Assembly (NCBI GenBank): GCA_964247055.1
Contig: OZ176060.1
Location: 496,001-560,000, forward strand
Reading direction: 5' to 3'
DNA length: 64,000 nt
Source: Paragordius varius
Taxonomy: Eukaryota; Animalia; Nematomorpha
This document shows positions 25,076 to 40,575 of this stretch, piece after piece (position 1 is the stretch's first letter; each line of letters opens with the position of its first letter). Made by a program: the position numbers and the translations under genes. The notes under the pieces were generated by a model. That model saw only the letters and a program-made list of their open reading frames with translations. It had not been told where the DNA came from and searched no databases.

Positions 25076-28000
25076 ATTTTATTTTTTTGTTTTCAATTAA
25101 TTTATTTTAAAATATTTACAATGAAATAATATATATATTTTAACTAATAAATACCATACATTAATTGATATTTAAAAAACTTGCAAAAATTAAGTTATTT
25201 TTTTTATAAATTTTACATATAGTTAATTTATTAAAAAAATATATTTCAGTTAAAAAATATTTATATCAATTATATTTAATCAATAAAAAATTTGTCTTGA
25301 ATCATTTTTGCGAATTATGATATCATACCTTTTAAGAAACAGTTAATTATTTTTAATGACAAAAAAGCCAGAAAAATGGGCATATTTAGAGTTTATTTCT
25401 TTAATCAATAATTCAAATGATTGCTTTATAACTGGTGGAATTCATAATATCGAACATAACCTCATAAAATCTTGGTTAACTGATATTCCTGAGACAATTT
25501 TACAATTTTTTTCTTAATAGGTCCATCTAAAGAATGAGATATAATTGTCGTTTTTTTAAGTAAAATACCTTATCAAATTTTTACCGCATATATATTTCTA
25601 ATGAGGCTCGTCGCAATTTTGGAGTTTCAGCCTGCAAAGCCATTTGTGTTCACTTCCCTGTTTAAACTACTAATTGATTTTACTTTATTAAAACGGTCTT
25701 TTTGATAATATGAGATTTTTTTACGAAGCCAATAAATTGTAAACGTTTTCAGCAAGTAAGTCTAAAAAACTATAGTTTATATTATAAAACATAGTAAAAA
25801 ATAATTATAATCTTATAAAATGAAAAGGGGAAATTTATATTTAAAAGATTATTTTTTTATTTTATAAAATTTAATTCTAATAATTTTTAAGAGTTCATAT
25901 TGTATTATTAGTTTAGATGACTAAATTATTAGAAATTTTTTTATATTTAGCCAAAAATTAATTTATCTGAGGTGACTTAAACCCACTGATCGGTAATAGA
26001 TTAGTAATATAATTATGATTATAATCTTATGCTATAAACTTTAGAAAAGTAAAATAGGGTAAATATCTATACCATGCAAACAATAAATATAACACAGTTA
26101 ATTTATTTTTACACCTATTAATTTCTATTCTGACAATAATATATTAATAATATGCCATCTGTTTAATTAAAGTAAGGGTAATATACGGCTTTGCTATTTT
26201 TAATTTAAAATACATGCTAAATTTTGGATTTTATAGGTTTGTTTGTTATTTGATAAAAAATTGTCCGAATCTGTTCCTCGTTTTTAATTTTATTTTATGG
26301 ATAGGGTATAAAAACGCTTTAAGATATTAAAAACTTTTTTTATATTATACAATAGTGATAACATTTTGAAAGGTTTATTTTAATTAAGTTTGTTTGCTTT
26401 AAAATTTTCGGGATTCTAAAAAAATTTATATTGTACTTGAGGGCAAACAGATTTTTTAATCGTTCTGAGGTATAATGTTTAGTATCATCGAATTATTTAG
26501 AAAAAGTAAATATCCTAAAACACTTTTATACTCTTTCCATCATACCTTCTAAATAGTATAAAGTATGCTTCAACAAAATTTTGCTAAAATTAGATTTTAA
26601 ACAATTTTATTATCAAAATTTAATATATATCTAAAATTTTTATCGCGCAATCTCGGCTTTTTTTTTTAAAAAAACTAGTCTTAGAGTGAAAAAATTGGGG
26701 CTCAAATCCTACAGAAAAAAAATAATTTATTAAAAATCTTGTTTTGCCTTTACATATAGTGTATAATATATATTAGTGATATTTTTTGGAAAAAGGCATC
26801 TAACTTTCACCATAAAAATATTACAAAATGTGCTCATATTTTGCCATTTTCTGATATAGATCACTCAAAAGTGTAAATAACTTTCTGATATTAATCGTAA
26901 GGGCTTAAACCATAAGCATGATAATCATGATATAATTCCTAGAATATAAACAGGTTATTTTTTCCTACTTGTTAATTACGGATTCAGTTTAATATAATTT
27001 TAGTATACTTTTTAATTTTTTAATTATATTTATGGTTTTTAGGCAAAAATCTAATTTTAGATTAATAAAACATTATGTATGGATATAATAGTAAAAGTAC
27101 CCAAAATTATTCAATAAATTTTACCATTTTAAAAGTTAAATAATATCCACATTTACCTAAAATATATTTTCGCCTAATCATAACTGTATTATATACTAAA
27201 AGATAATTTTATATATTAAATATAAAGAGAACAATAAGCATCTATTTGAATTACACGGACAAACAATATACTTTTTTAAAGATATTCATAATTTTTTAAA
27301 CCTTATTTTTCCTTATATAAATTATTAAATTGGCAACCGTATATATATAATTAATTGTGTTACCAATATACATCTCTATTTTCAACTTTATAGTTTTAAA
27401 TAATGAGTTTTTTTATATCAAGTTTATAATTACATAGGACCTCTTTTGCAACATCTAATGTTTTTGTGTTTATCCTAATAATTCCAAATTTAACTGTAAT
27501 TTTATTATTAATTTTTTAACTAAGGAGTGTAATTATATCTGTCCCTCTTAATTGTCTGTTTTTGACTCCACCATATTATATGATAAAATCGGATATATAT
27601 ATTTACTTAAGGTTATATTGTGTCAAATTATTATCACCCGAAATATATACATAATAAAATAATTTCCTTCTCATTATGTTAATTTTGTACGAGTTTCTCC
27701 TTTCAGCTGTTAGATTGTTATATTTCAATGCACAATTTAAATCAAATTTTTATAAATCCATATTGCTATGGTACTATAATGATAACTAGTGTAAGAAAGT
27801 AATCGAATGTCATTTAATATTTATATCCCTTAGATTTCCATAACATAAGTTATACAAAAATCGAGTTTTAAGTTTGGCCTTCTTAATACAACAATAATAT
27901 ATTTTTAACTTCTCATCCTCTTAATTTATATTCATATTATTAGAGATAGTAAACTAAAGGGTAAGGACTTCTAATGTAACAAAAAAGTTACCAAGTTATA

Positions 28001-29199
28001 ACCAATAAAAGATAAATCTCCCTAAAACATATACCAGAAGTGTTGCAAATTAAATACCATTACACGCTAATAAATTAAAATTAAAATTGGTTAGAAAACA
28101 TAAATGTCATAAACTAATGGGCAAAAATAAAATTGGCTATATAAAATGCAACATTTTAATAATATCTAATAACACCACATACATATGAAAGAATCCTTAG
28201 ACTAATGGTTTAAGTATTTTTTTAATTATAGGTTCTAACAACTCATGTTTCATATGCCAATAATTATATTTATAAAATATATTAAGCATAGAATTCAAGT
28301 CATAGATTAACAAGTTGATAAAATTTTATAAAATAACTAAACAGCCGAAATGTTAAAAAATTAAATACACGCTCTATACAAAATGATGTAAGAAGATTTT
28401 ATAATTTAACTTTAAGCGACTGTATCTTATTTTTTTAAATAATAAAAAATATTGACTATTCACACAAAGTAAAAAAAGATATATTTTCTTCAAATATCAC
28501 ACTATGTTACAAATTCCACCCTAAAATGCGCAGATGTATTTTACGTAGAGTAAATTATAAAATAATGTATAGGTAAATTAAATTTGGTCAAAAATTTGAC
28601 TTCTTCTAGTTGAAGTTGAGAATTAGTTCAGTGTAAGGTCAACGGTTATTACATCTCAAATTAAATAAATTTATTACATCAAATAAATATATACAAATTT
28701 TTACCTAAAAAGATGTATTCGTTTTTATGGTTTTATGATGATCTTTGATAAAATATTTTTTGATCAAAATATTAATTAATGATATAACATTCAGTTATGA
28801 ATATATTGATATGCCATCTATTATTATTATGTATATAAACCTATTTTAGTGAATATAAATTATCCTGAAAAAACCACCAAAAATAGAAAGAATAATCGAT
28901 TTCGAACAAAAATGTACTCATATGGCAAAAATGAGATTAATATTGATAATAATTTTAATACAAAGCCTAAAAAAATGATATTATAGCGTAAAAAAAAGAT
29001 CTGAATGTATACAATATAATAAAATATATAAATTTGTTTAAAAACCATAAATATATTTAATGAATTCAGTCAAAATTTAATTTATTAATATAAAGAATCG
29101 TGTCTAATTAATAATAGGTTTATAATACTTTAATTCACTGCGCTTGAATTCAAGAAGTATAAAAAAATAACTTGATGACAAATATATATATATATATAT

Positions 29200-29620
29200 A
29201 TATATATTCTCACAGGAAAATGTATTAAGATTATCATGAGGCTTCTTATGGTTTTGGCCCTTACTGATTTAATAAAGTTATTTACAGATTATCAGAAAAT
29301 GGCAGAATTTGCCCACATTTCTTAAATAAGAATTTTATAGTAGAAGCTAACTGCTTATTCAAAAAATATTGTTAACAAGTGTAGTTATTGATAATAACTC
29401 AATGTCTCACAAATCAAATGTAATATATATACTCTGAAAAAATGTATTATGATTTTCATGGTGCTTCTTTTGGTTTTGGGCCTTACGAGTAATATAAGAA
29501 AGTTATTTAAAGTTTTGTGGTGAGTGTTCTATCAGAAAATAACACAATTTGTGCACATTTTTTTTGTAATAAACTTTTTTTAGTGAAAGTTAAATGCCTT
29601 ATTTTAAAAGGTATTACTAA
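29200..29620. repeat. Two diverged tandem copies of a ~220-bp unit, preceded by (TA)n
   Basis: AAAATGTATTAAGATTATCATGAGGCTTCTTATGGTTTTGGCCCTTAC vs AAAATGTATTATGATTTTCATGGTGCTTCTTTTGGTTTTGGGCCTTAC. Inverted paralog at ~26790-26940. Confidence 0.7.
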
Positions 29621-32600
29621 AATATATCATATCCTACATATGTAAATCAAAACAATATTTTCAAAAAAACTTTAAATTTTTTAGATATGAGATCCAAAAG
29701 TCCCAAATTTTTTCGTTCTTCTAAAATGGGTGAGTGCTTTTGAAATAAACGCAAAAATGGCGAGATTGCGCTATAATATTTTTTAATATAAAATTTTGAT
29801 ACCAAAAAAATCCAATTTTTGGCGAAATTTTGTGGAAACGTATTTCATAATATTTTTGAGGTATGATGGAAACATTAAAATTTAAAATATTATAAAAACA
29901 CTTTTTCTACCTAATTCGCTGATAATAAACATTTCTATCACCTGACAACTTTGATTGTAAAATCTGTTTTTTTTAAGTTATAAAAATTTATTTAGAATCC
30001 CAAAAATTTGCAAGCAAACAAACCTCTATAATTAAAATTTTAAAGCATGTTTTTAACTAATGAATAATATATAAAAAGTTTTTAATATAAAGAGTTTTAA
30101 TACCCTTTCCATAATATTAATTTAAAAAACGAGACATAATTTTCGAACAAATTTTTTTCAAATTAACAAACCTATAAAAAAATTTAGCATGTATATTAAT
30201 TGAAAATAGGAGAGCCATATAATTAATTAAACAGGTGGCATATTTCAAATTATGAAAGTATTCTGAATATAATAGAGGTTAAAATAAGGTAACAGATGTT
30301 TAAAAAACACCTATTATTTGCAAGGTATAAATATTCACCTTTTTTTACTTTTATCAAGTTATTAATTTTTATCCTATATATATTACTAAACTATTACCGA
30401 TATGTGTGTTTAAGTCACCGATATATAAATTTTTGGCTAAATATAAATAATTTCTAATAATTTAATCATCAAAACTAATTCAAATGTTTCAAAAACCAAC
30501 TAAGAAGACTAACTCGAATCAAACTAGCCTCTTTAAATAAATCAAAAATTTGAAAAATTATGTTGAATTCAGCTTTTTATTGCTTTTATAACACTAGACA
30601 ACAAATTTTAACTTATACTGCCATTCTTGCAAATTTAAAATTTATTTCATTAAAGTACATAATTAGTATATTTGAAAAGAGAATTGCTTTAGCAATCAAT
30701 ATTTTTTTGATATTAGGTTTATCGATAATTTTTGGCCCCGATTTAACATTAAACTCGAAATTTCAAAAATTTAAAGTTTTAGATATGAAGCCATGTATTA
30801 TATATCATTCGAAAGCAAAAAACTGCATCTTTTAAATGGTAGTAAGTCATTTAAATCAATCGGATGTAAAAGTTATTTGGATTTTAATGGTCGAAATTTT
30901 CAATCCTTAAATAAGTCAGGAATTTTTACAGACAAACTAATTTGAAAATCATATAAATTATTTTATTATAATTATTAGGGTTATATTAATGTTTAATTGT
31001 AAAAAAATGTTTGAAAATGCTTTTGGTTTGCTTTTTTAATACAAATTATTAATATCAAAATTATTTAGCGCATACTAAAATGCATAGTTATAACTGTAAA
31101 TTTATTACATAATGGCGATAAAAGATCAAAAATACCTTAAACTTTGTTTTTATCTTAAAAATTTCGAAATTATCAGCATTGTAAAGAAAATAAATTAATA
31201 TTGATGAGATGGTAGTTTTTAAAAAACAAAAAACTTAAAAATGGCTGTTTTGAGTGACATAAAAGCAATAAAAAATGTTTTAATCAAAAAAACTTTCTTG
31301 TGTTATCTTTTTTGGACATTCATCTCCATCTAAACAAAGTTTGAGCTATTTTCATCCATTAGTTTTAAAAATATAATAATTAAAAAAATGCTCTCGCTTC
31401 GCGCGTTTGTCGCTCTGTGTGTCCAATATTAACTGTCGATGTAATACATATTAGTATACATTTTATAGAGTTTTTAATACTCTTTCGAATGATATATTAC
31501 AAATGGGCATTACTTGTATATTTTCAAAGAAAAACATTTTTTGGTAAAATTTTGATAAAGAGGGCGCATAATCTTAAATATCAAAATTTCATATTTACTG
31601 TTAAAATGATATTAAATATCAAAAAATGCAAAAAACTCGAGTGGCAGAAAAATTTGTTGTCTAGTGTAATAAAAAGCAGACAAATAAAAAAACTGTTAAA
31701 AAATCGTCTGTCCTTTCATTTTATATTTAAATTGAAGTTTTTTCAATTTTATGGTTTAAAAATATTATATTTTAAATTTATTTAAATTAAAATTATCTTA
31801 TTTAATTTTTTACATAAAATTTTATTGAATAATTTGATAAATAGATTACTTTTTTTTGCTAATTGTCAATCATTTATTGACCTAAAGATTTTTTTATAAA
31901 TATTTAAATAATACAAAGTATTATATAAAATATTTCTTAATTGGAATCGCAAAAAAGAGGGTATGATATGTTATTATCATGATTAAATAAATACCGCCCT
32001 TTTATTAAAAAAAATATTTTATTTTTCAAATACTTAAAGTTTTCAGGCAACAAAATTTTAAGGTCAGAGAATTTCGGCTGATTTTGAATAAATTAAAATT
32101 TAATAAAATTAATAATATTGAGAAAATATTTTTAAATATAATCAAATTATATATTATTTACAATAAATTATCATATATATTTTGGTATATACAGTAAAAA
32201 ATATAGATATTCAAACAAAACTTCAATACAAAAATTTTTTGGAAAAATTTACCATACTTTTTCAAAATAGCATTATAAACTAAATATGTTTTTATGATAA
32301 ATTATGTTCGGTTAGACATTTCAATTACCTCAGAATTTGTATAAAAGTTAGAATGGGTATACACAATTTATATTTAACTTAAATTATAAGGCGACAATAT
32401 AATCCAAATATTGATGGATACTTTTAGCTTCATTGAATTAGGGAAAAAGTGGTTTATAATATCTTAGAGCCTAAGCCACATCATGCTTCAAAATAGAAAA
32501 AAGTAAGCCTCAAGTAATTTTTATTAGAATTAATTGTTACACAGAGTATAATTATTTTCGAAAGAATTATTTTAATGCTATAATCACTGAGATGTCCAAC

Positions 32601-32704
32601 TTTAATAGCTTCGAGCACCGCATTGAAAATAATATATATATATATATATATATATGGGAATTCAAGAATATTAGTTTTTAAACATAAGGCTAATGCAAGC
32701 ACAA

Positions 32705-33010
32705 TATAATGATTTTTCTTGTTCTTTACCAATAGGATATAGACTTATTCATATTTTTTTAACAAATATCAATTTTACTGCGAATTTTTATAAGTATTTT
32801 CTGCAAATTATGGATTCCTAAATCATTCGCAGCCGCACATTTTGCATGGTGGTTTTCAAATATAAGGCTCTAAATACAAGTACAATATTATGATTTTTCT
32901 TGTTCTTTACCAATAGGATAGACTTATTCATATTTTTTAGCAAATATCAATTTTACTGGGATTTTATAAGCGTTTTCTGCAAATTATGGATTCCTTTATC
33001 ATTCGCATGT
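32705..33010. repeat. Local tandem duplication (period ~185 bp) of hAT-MITE-derived sequence
   Basis: GATTTTTCTTGTTCTTTACCAATAGGATA(TA)GACTTATTCATATTTTTT occurs at ~32711 and ~32893. Confidence 0.75.
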
Positions 33011-36000
33011 GGGAACAGCCCTGATCTCAAATACATTAATTATTTTTGGCAAATCTCGGCGGACGAACATGTAGTGTTAAAGATACAATTCAAGATACTC
33101 TTAAAATGCAAGGTATATTTAATTTATAACAGTTGTTAAAATCCGTAAGATAACGATAAAGGAAAATTAAATAGAATAAATGAAAGTAATAGAAATTATA
33201 AACGATATGTGAAACCCTTCGTCAATAGTAATCGCAAACTAGTTGTTATTACAAAACATAACCAATCCGTTATTCACCATATATTTAATTTAGTTGCGAT
33301 CGAAATGGTTTTATGATATATACTATATAGGCAAAAATTTATATTTTCTTATTTATGAGAAAAGCTAAGAGTCAGCACGAACAGAATTTTAAACATATGA
33401 GGTATAATCTTATCGGTAAAAGTGTTATATTATATATTTATTAAATTAATAATATTAATAATTGATACAAGTTAAATAAAATTGTTTCATTAACCCTCTA
33501 TAGTAAGTTTATAAATATTATAATATATGGTTTGAAATATGCCATCTAATTAATGGGTATAGAAAGCCTGATAATTTTAAAAGAAAAAGTGAAATTGTTC
33601 ACACATTGCTTCATGGTTGTTTATGGCTAGAAAATATATTCCCAAATTTGATATTTTTTTAATAATATATTTATTAAACTTAACTATGGATGATGCCAAA
33701 TCTCAAGAGTGCATATCAAAATTTCCTGATTAAAACAAATATAATCAATGATTTTTTATATTAATTTAATATTTAAAATAATTTTTATAGATCTTCGCTT
33801 AAAAGAAGTATTTTTATAAATAGGTTTTTAGCAGATTATTGCCATAAAATACACAAATTTGAAAAATTTCATAAGTTTAAATTGTCTTACTTTAAGGTTT
33901 AAAAATAGAAAACAGTAAAAGAAATTATTTAGTATTTAAATAATAAAATAATATATTTTGTCACATTCTTTGATTTTCCTCTGAGATAAGCATATCCAAA
34001 CTTTTTAATAAAAAGATTTACAGATAATACGAAAAATATTAAGTCTCAAAAACTTAACTTAAACGTTAACGTCGGAAATTAATGCATATTTGCCTATTAT
34101 AATACATTAACCAGATGACAATTTTATTTTAGCCTAGTTTTTATTGGATTTTGAAAATTAACTTACTGTATTAATATTAATTATATATATGATATTAGCA
34201 AATTTATCACTTCTTTGAAGGATTAATATATAATTATTAATTAAATATAATAACACCTTCTCCTATAATGCTGTTAAAGTCACCTAGATAAATTTTTGCC
34301 TATAAATAAATATATTTTCATAATCACCAAAATTTTAATTAATTATCCACAACCCAGCAGGATATTAGCGGGCTATGCCCCTCCGTAAATGTGAACTTAA
34401 TAAAAACTTATTCTCTCTTTTTGCCTCCCTAAATAATATATAAAAAGGTGCATATACCTATATGGGTATATAGTATACAATTATTGCTTTCCCATTCGTA
34501 CAAAATTGTAATTATACGAAAAACGTCAAAAAATTAAAGACAGAAATTGTTTTTAAGTTAAATTATTTTAAATACTTTATATTGTTTTAAGATGAAAAAT
34601 AGAAAAAGATATATCGTTAATACACGCAATATTATATTGCAACTATACGGTTTATTTGGGAAAAATCAGAAAATTTGTCTTTTAGAAAAAAACACTTTAT
34701 ATTTATACGTTTTATGTGTATATTTTAGTTTTTTGTAGTTTGGAAACCCAAAACGATAAGTTTTATATAAAAATATTAAAATAAGTATGGTTGACTTTCT
34801 GAAAGATATTTGATCAGTTTCCTTTTATCTTATATTATAGATTTATTGTAGTTAACATTACTATCTAATTTAAATTAAATAAAATTTATATTACTAATAG
34901 TAATTTGAAGTTACTGAAAATCTCTCATGAGATCTGGACTGATAAAATATTTTACAATAATTTATTCCCTAAAAATTACTATTATATGGAAAATATTAAA
35001 ATAAATTACTATATTTAATATTTTTCTTTAAATTATGTTAATATTTACTAGATTTTTCAGTTTAATATATTTTAGAAATTAATGTAAATGCCATCTATTT
35101 TCATTTTTTACAAGGTTTTAAATTTGAGTTTTATATTGTTTTGTTAAATATTCAATAGTGCAATGTGGCTTTAATAACCGACTCCGTAAACTTATAATAT
35201 TTATTATTAAAATTATAGAACTGAATATTAATTAATTAATATTAAAATATTAGATTTTATAAACTGTTCATTTTAGCCATTCATTTTTTTGTAGATGATA
35301 TTTTGGGGGCATTTCATAATGAAGCTTAGTAAATAGACTAGTTTTAAGAGTTGTTTGCTCAATAATTATTAATCTCTTTAGGTATTAGATAAAAAAATAG
35401 AATTCACAGTAAACCTCTAGAAATTCAGATAGCTCCAAAACACAATACAAACAGTTGATATTAAAATTAAATATATTTGCCGGTAATTTACAATATTAGA
35501 AACTATCCATTTTAATTTATCTTTTCCATAATAAAGACTTATTTGCGTGCTGTATTTACGGTTTAAAATAATTAAAGAACAAAATAGCGGCGAAAATGTG
35601 GATTTATTCTACAATTATAGTTGGTCTAAAATTTCATCCTAAAAGGCATATTTTAAAGGGAGCCCTGTGCTAAAAATATTTATCAAGGTATTAAATTATT
35701 AAGAGACTTTGGGGCCATGTGTATGAGCCAGTTGTTAATCCTGGTTTTTTCAGGATTAAGGTTATTTCAAAAGCTGATATCTCGAGATCTAGGATGAATT
35801 TTTGGAATGTGAAAACTGTATTAGCCTAAATAATGTAAATTTAATATATGTATATGGTATGTTATGGAAATTTTGTGACATGTATCAAAAAATATTTTTC
35901 GGGCAAATGCTTGTTAAAGATTATAATGTTTTCATGCTTTATTTTTTATATTCGGGCAAAAAATATTATTAGATAAATAAGTTAAGCAAGTTCAAAATTT

Positions 36001-39000
36001 AAATCGTTATAATAACTACAGATATGTTGTTTCAATAATTTAGAATATTTTATAATTATTATACTCATTTGAAACCATTCTAAATGGTAATATCATCAGG
36101 AATACTATCGATTATTTTTAAATTTGGTTTGAATTCAGTAATATATATTTCTATAAAACCATAAATGACGAAAATGAGTTAGCAAAGTTTATATCAGATA
36201 ATCAGACAGCTCTAATATCGAATCGCCATCAGACAGGAGTAGATCGGAGAAACGAATTTGACATAATTTGTTAATAATTTATTTTTACACAACAAATAAG
36301 TATATTTTATAAATATTTAAATATTGATCATTTCTTGGCTATCCAGACCTTAAGCTTTTCATAATTGCTAAATTATTTACGGATTCATAAAGATGCACGG
36401 ATATCTACAAATAATATAAACAAAACTTTTTAATAAGACCCACATATAAATCGCGTGTAAAACTGTTTTCATAATATTGATAAAAATTCAAAACAGGCCT
36501 TCGCCATTGCTAAATTGATTTACGGTATTTATAAAGATTTTATATATATAAATATATGATAATAACTTCATAAAAGGAAAAAAAAGGTAATTATTTATAC
36601 CTTCCAAAAGAAAAAACATTTTTTTAAACATAGTTACTTCATTTTAACCCCTAGTATAAATTAATATGGAATCAAAAAATATTATGCCATCTGTTTAATT
36701 AATATAAAGGTTATGTATGGCTCTGCTATTTTCAAAATTAAATACATGCTAAATTTTGGATTTTATAGGTTTTGTTATTTGATATAATTTGTCCGAAAAT
36801 TGTTACCCATTAATATATATTTATGTATAGGGTGAAAAAAGCTTTAAGATATACTAATAAAACTTTTTATATATCAATAGTGATAAACATTTCAAACAGT
36901 TCAGAATTTTAAAGAAAAATTTGTTTACTTTCATATTTGACATTGTAAAATATTTATATTGAACTTTAAGACAAACAGATCTTTTAATCAAACTAAGGTT
37001 ATGGAAATGTTTCATCATCGAATTATGTAGGAAAAGTGAATTTATAATAACTTAAAACACTTTTATACTCTCTTCAGTATACCTCAAAAATATTATATGA
37101 TACGCTTAACAAAATTTTGCTTTTTTTATTCATATGTTAGTATCAAAATTTAACATATATTTAATATTTATCGCGCAATCCTAACATTTTTGCGTATATT
37201 TTATAAAACTTTTATTTTAGAATGGCCTAAAAATTTGAGACTTTTGGAGATTATCCTAAAATAATTTTAAAAATAATTTTGCATTTCATATGTAGATTTT
37301 AAAATATTTAAAGAATATTTTTTAAGATAAAGCATTTACCTTTCACCAAAAAAATTTATTTAAAAAATGGCCGAAAATTCTGCCCTTTTATGAGCACGTA
37401 CCACAAAAGTGTAAAGTATTACAACTCACTCGTAAAGATTAACGGAATATGTAAATTTCATCGGGTTATTTTTTAAACACTGTGAATTTAAATGTCTGTT
37501 TTCGATTTATTTAAAAAAATTGAATTATAAATATATATTTATTGTAAGGTTGCGGAAATTTTAACTAGTAAAATATTTTAATAAACCCTTATAAAAAATT
37601 GAAAAAAAAATTAAATTACAAAATTTATTTTTATTTATCTTGAAAATCTGTATTATTAGTTTTAATTAAAAAAAGATAAAAACACAAGCATGATTTATAA
37701 AATTTTTATAAATAAAAATCCATAAATAATCTAACTAGTTTTGTTATATTTTAATGTTCGATAAATAATTTGATAAAATTTATTGCATATTATTAAATAT
37801 TTTTAAGTTTTTAAAAAATTTTAATATTAATAATTAAAATACAGATTAGATTAAAACAAAATCAAAAAAAATTTTCTATAAAAATAATTTAATAAATTAA
37901 CATATATACAATATCTTAAATTTAATCATTTACTCAACTTATAATAAATAAATTAATTTAAAAAAAGATTATTTAAAATTATAATTATTTTTCTTAGCAT
38001 ATAAAATAATATATAAATACCGAAAATATTTTTATCATACTCATAAAAATATAATAAATATATCCATGCTCTATATAAATTTATATATTCACAAAATAAA
38101 GAAAAAGACAAATAAAAAAAACCGTTAAGAAATGAAATTGTCCGTCGTTTCATTTTTTATAAATTATTGTTTTTCAATTATTATGGTTTAAATTTTTAAA
38201 CAAAAATTTAAATAAAATTTATTCATTATTATTTTAAAACTAATATGATAATTTTTTTTAAATATGTATCATTTTTCTGCCTTATTCCAAAAATATCACT
38301 AAAATATATTATAAAACACACATAAAGGCAAAACACCATTTTTAAAAAAATTTAAATTGCAGATTGGACACATATAAAATGGGCTATTTTTTTAAACGCA
38401 AAAAACCGAGGTTTTGCTAAGTAAAAAAATATTTTTGAAAAATGGTATTTTGTTAAAAATATCAATATACCATTATGATAAATTACAGTAATTTAAGATA
38501 TGATGGAAATGTATTTTATCACCTCAGGATTTGATTTAAGATTAGATTATTTTTAGACTATAAATATTAAATATAAAATTTATTCCTGGTTTTATAAAAG
38601 CTTAGAGCCTAGGTCGTTTCCGTAATTCTTTAAAAAAGCAGGTAGGCTTTAACAAAAAGATATTAAATTTATCAACAAAGTATGCAATTTTTGAAATTAT
38701 TTTTTAATGTTAAAATCTAAGTTATATTAATATAGCAAAATCTCGGCGGACCAACTTGAAGTATTAAAGTCACAAATTGAAGTGTTTAAAAACCAAACTG
38801 AAGTGTATAAGTACACCCTCTTAAAGTGCAAATGGTATATTTAAATTTGGTTGTGCCTTTAGATTAAGTATATTTTATATAGATTTAAAAATTTATATTC
38901 TCTTATTCATGAGAATGCTTATAGTCGCATCACGAATAGCTTCTATAGCGTAGGTTTATGAGCAAATGTGTAGTATTATATATATGAATTAATTTTTATT

Positions 39001-40322
39001 ATTATACCCTCTATAGATATATATATATATATATATATTTAATAATTTTAATGATTTAAAACATCAGAAGGAAAAAAGGTAATTATTTATTCCCTGGAAA
39101 GAATAAATAGTTAATACAGTTAATTTATTTTCAGTACATTTACGTTAATTCAAGATTAAATATTTTAAATATGCCATCTAATTAATGTAAAAGGTAATTA
39201 AACGGCCCTGCTATTAAAAAAGAAACATGCGTAATGTCCATATAATTCCCACATATGCAAGTTACATTAGGGTAAATTTGATTTGTTCTTCGTATTTTTA
39301 ACTTTCTTTTCATATTATTAACCTTTTGTTCATTTTTAAGAAAGTAGGAATCACGTTAGGTGGAAAAATTTTTATGGCAAAATATCTATATTATCTATAA
39401 ATATAATTTCCAACCTTTGGAAAACGATAACTTTTGGTACTTTGCTCTATTACACCTTAAAAATTAGACAATCAAAATGTAATTAAACTTATGAAATTTT
39501 CAAATTTGAGCATATTATGACAATAATTTGCTAGAAACTTATTTATATAATACTCTTAAGTGAAGATCTATTAAATTATTTTAAATATTAAATTAACATA
39601 AAAGAATCATCGATGATTTCGTCTTAAGGAGCTTTTTAACTTAAGCATTTAGCATCAACCATAGGTAAAGATTACTAAAATAATTATTAAAAATAAAGAC
39701 AACATGACAATTTAGGAATATATTTTTTTTAGCAATTAACAATCATGAACCAATGAACAATTTAGCTTTTCTTTCTCATTATCAATTAAATGGCATATTT
39801 AATACTTATTATATTTAAATCTTCTTATATACTATAGAGGTTTAATCAAACAATTTTATTTAACTTGTATCAATTATTAATAATATTAATTTAATAAATA
39901 TATAATATAACACTTTTGCCGATAAGATTATACCTCATATGTTTTAAATTCTGTTCGTGCTGACTCTTAGCTTTTCTCATAAATAAGAAAGTATAAATTT
40001 TTGTCTATATAGAATATTTCACTAAACCCATTCAAATTGGCACAACTAAATTAAATATTGTAATGATGAATAACGGATTGGTTATGTTTTGTAATAACAC
40101 AACTAGTTTGCGATTACTATTGACGAAGGGTTTCACATATCGTGTTTAATTTCCATTTATATTATCATTTAATTCTATTTAATTTTCCTTTATCGTTATC
40201 TTACTGATTTTAACAACTGTTGTAAATTAAATATACCTTGCACTTTAAATCTTGAAGTTAGTTCTTTAACACTACATGTTCGTCCGCCCAGATTTCGCAA
40301 AAATAATTAATATATAAGAAAT

Positions 40323-40575
40323 CAGGGTTGTCCAGTTGGCGCCATGCGAATGATTAGGAAATCCATGATTTGCAGAAAAATTATAAAATCCCAGTAAAAA
40401 TGTATTCTTAAAAAATGTGAATTCTATCCAATTGGTAATCAACTATCAATATATTGTGCCAAACTTTGGAGATCGTTTGAAAACTAATATATTTCTGAAG
40501 ACCCATATATGTTTGCGGCCCGCTGAATATTTTAAGTCAAGAATGCGGCCCGCAAGGCTATTTTGGATCTCCCTG
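40323..40575. mobile_element. hAT (Charlie-like) MITE family A, 253 bp; paralog at 61124-61392
   Basis: Ends CAGGGTTGTCCA / TGGATCTCCCTG, internal GCGGCCCGC motifs, decayed 8-bp flanks TAAGAAAT/TACGGATT (5/8 match). Paralog begins CAGGGATGTCCAA at 61124. Confidence 0.7.

Noticed and set aside
31392-31420. CGCTTCGCG hairpin as a second Helitron 3' end
   Set aside because: No CTRR|T follows on the relevant strand, so it was left unannotated.
32900-33139. ORFs ending ...ISADEHVVLK (32900, 61273) as a small conserved protein
   Set aside because: Their upstream halves are in different frames and lie within a hAT MITE, so the shared peptide reflects DNA duplication only.
37953-38153. The conserved element read as a signal-peptide exon (MKRQTISFLNGFF...) of a second, membrane-protein gene family
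   Set aside because: That frame has TAA stops or indels in most copies (1375, 24978, 44213, 55780, 59300). The distal ATG-G|GT explains the conservation and the splice phase much better.
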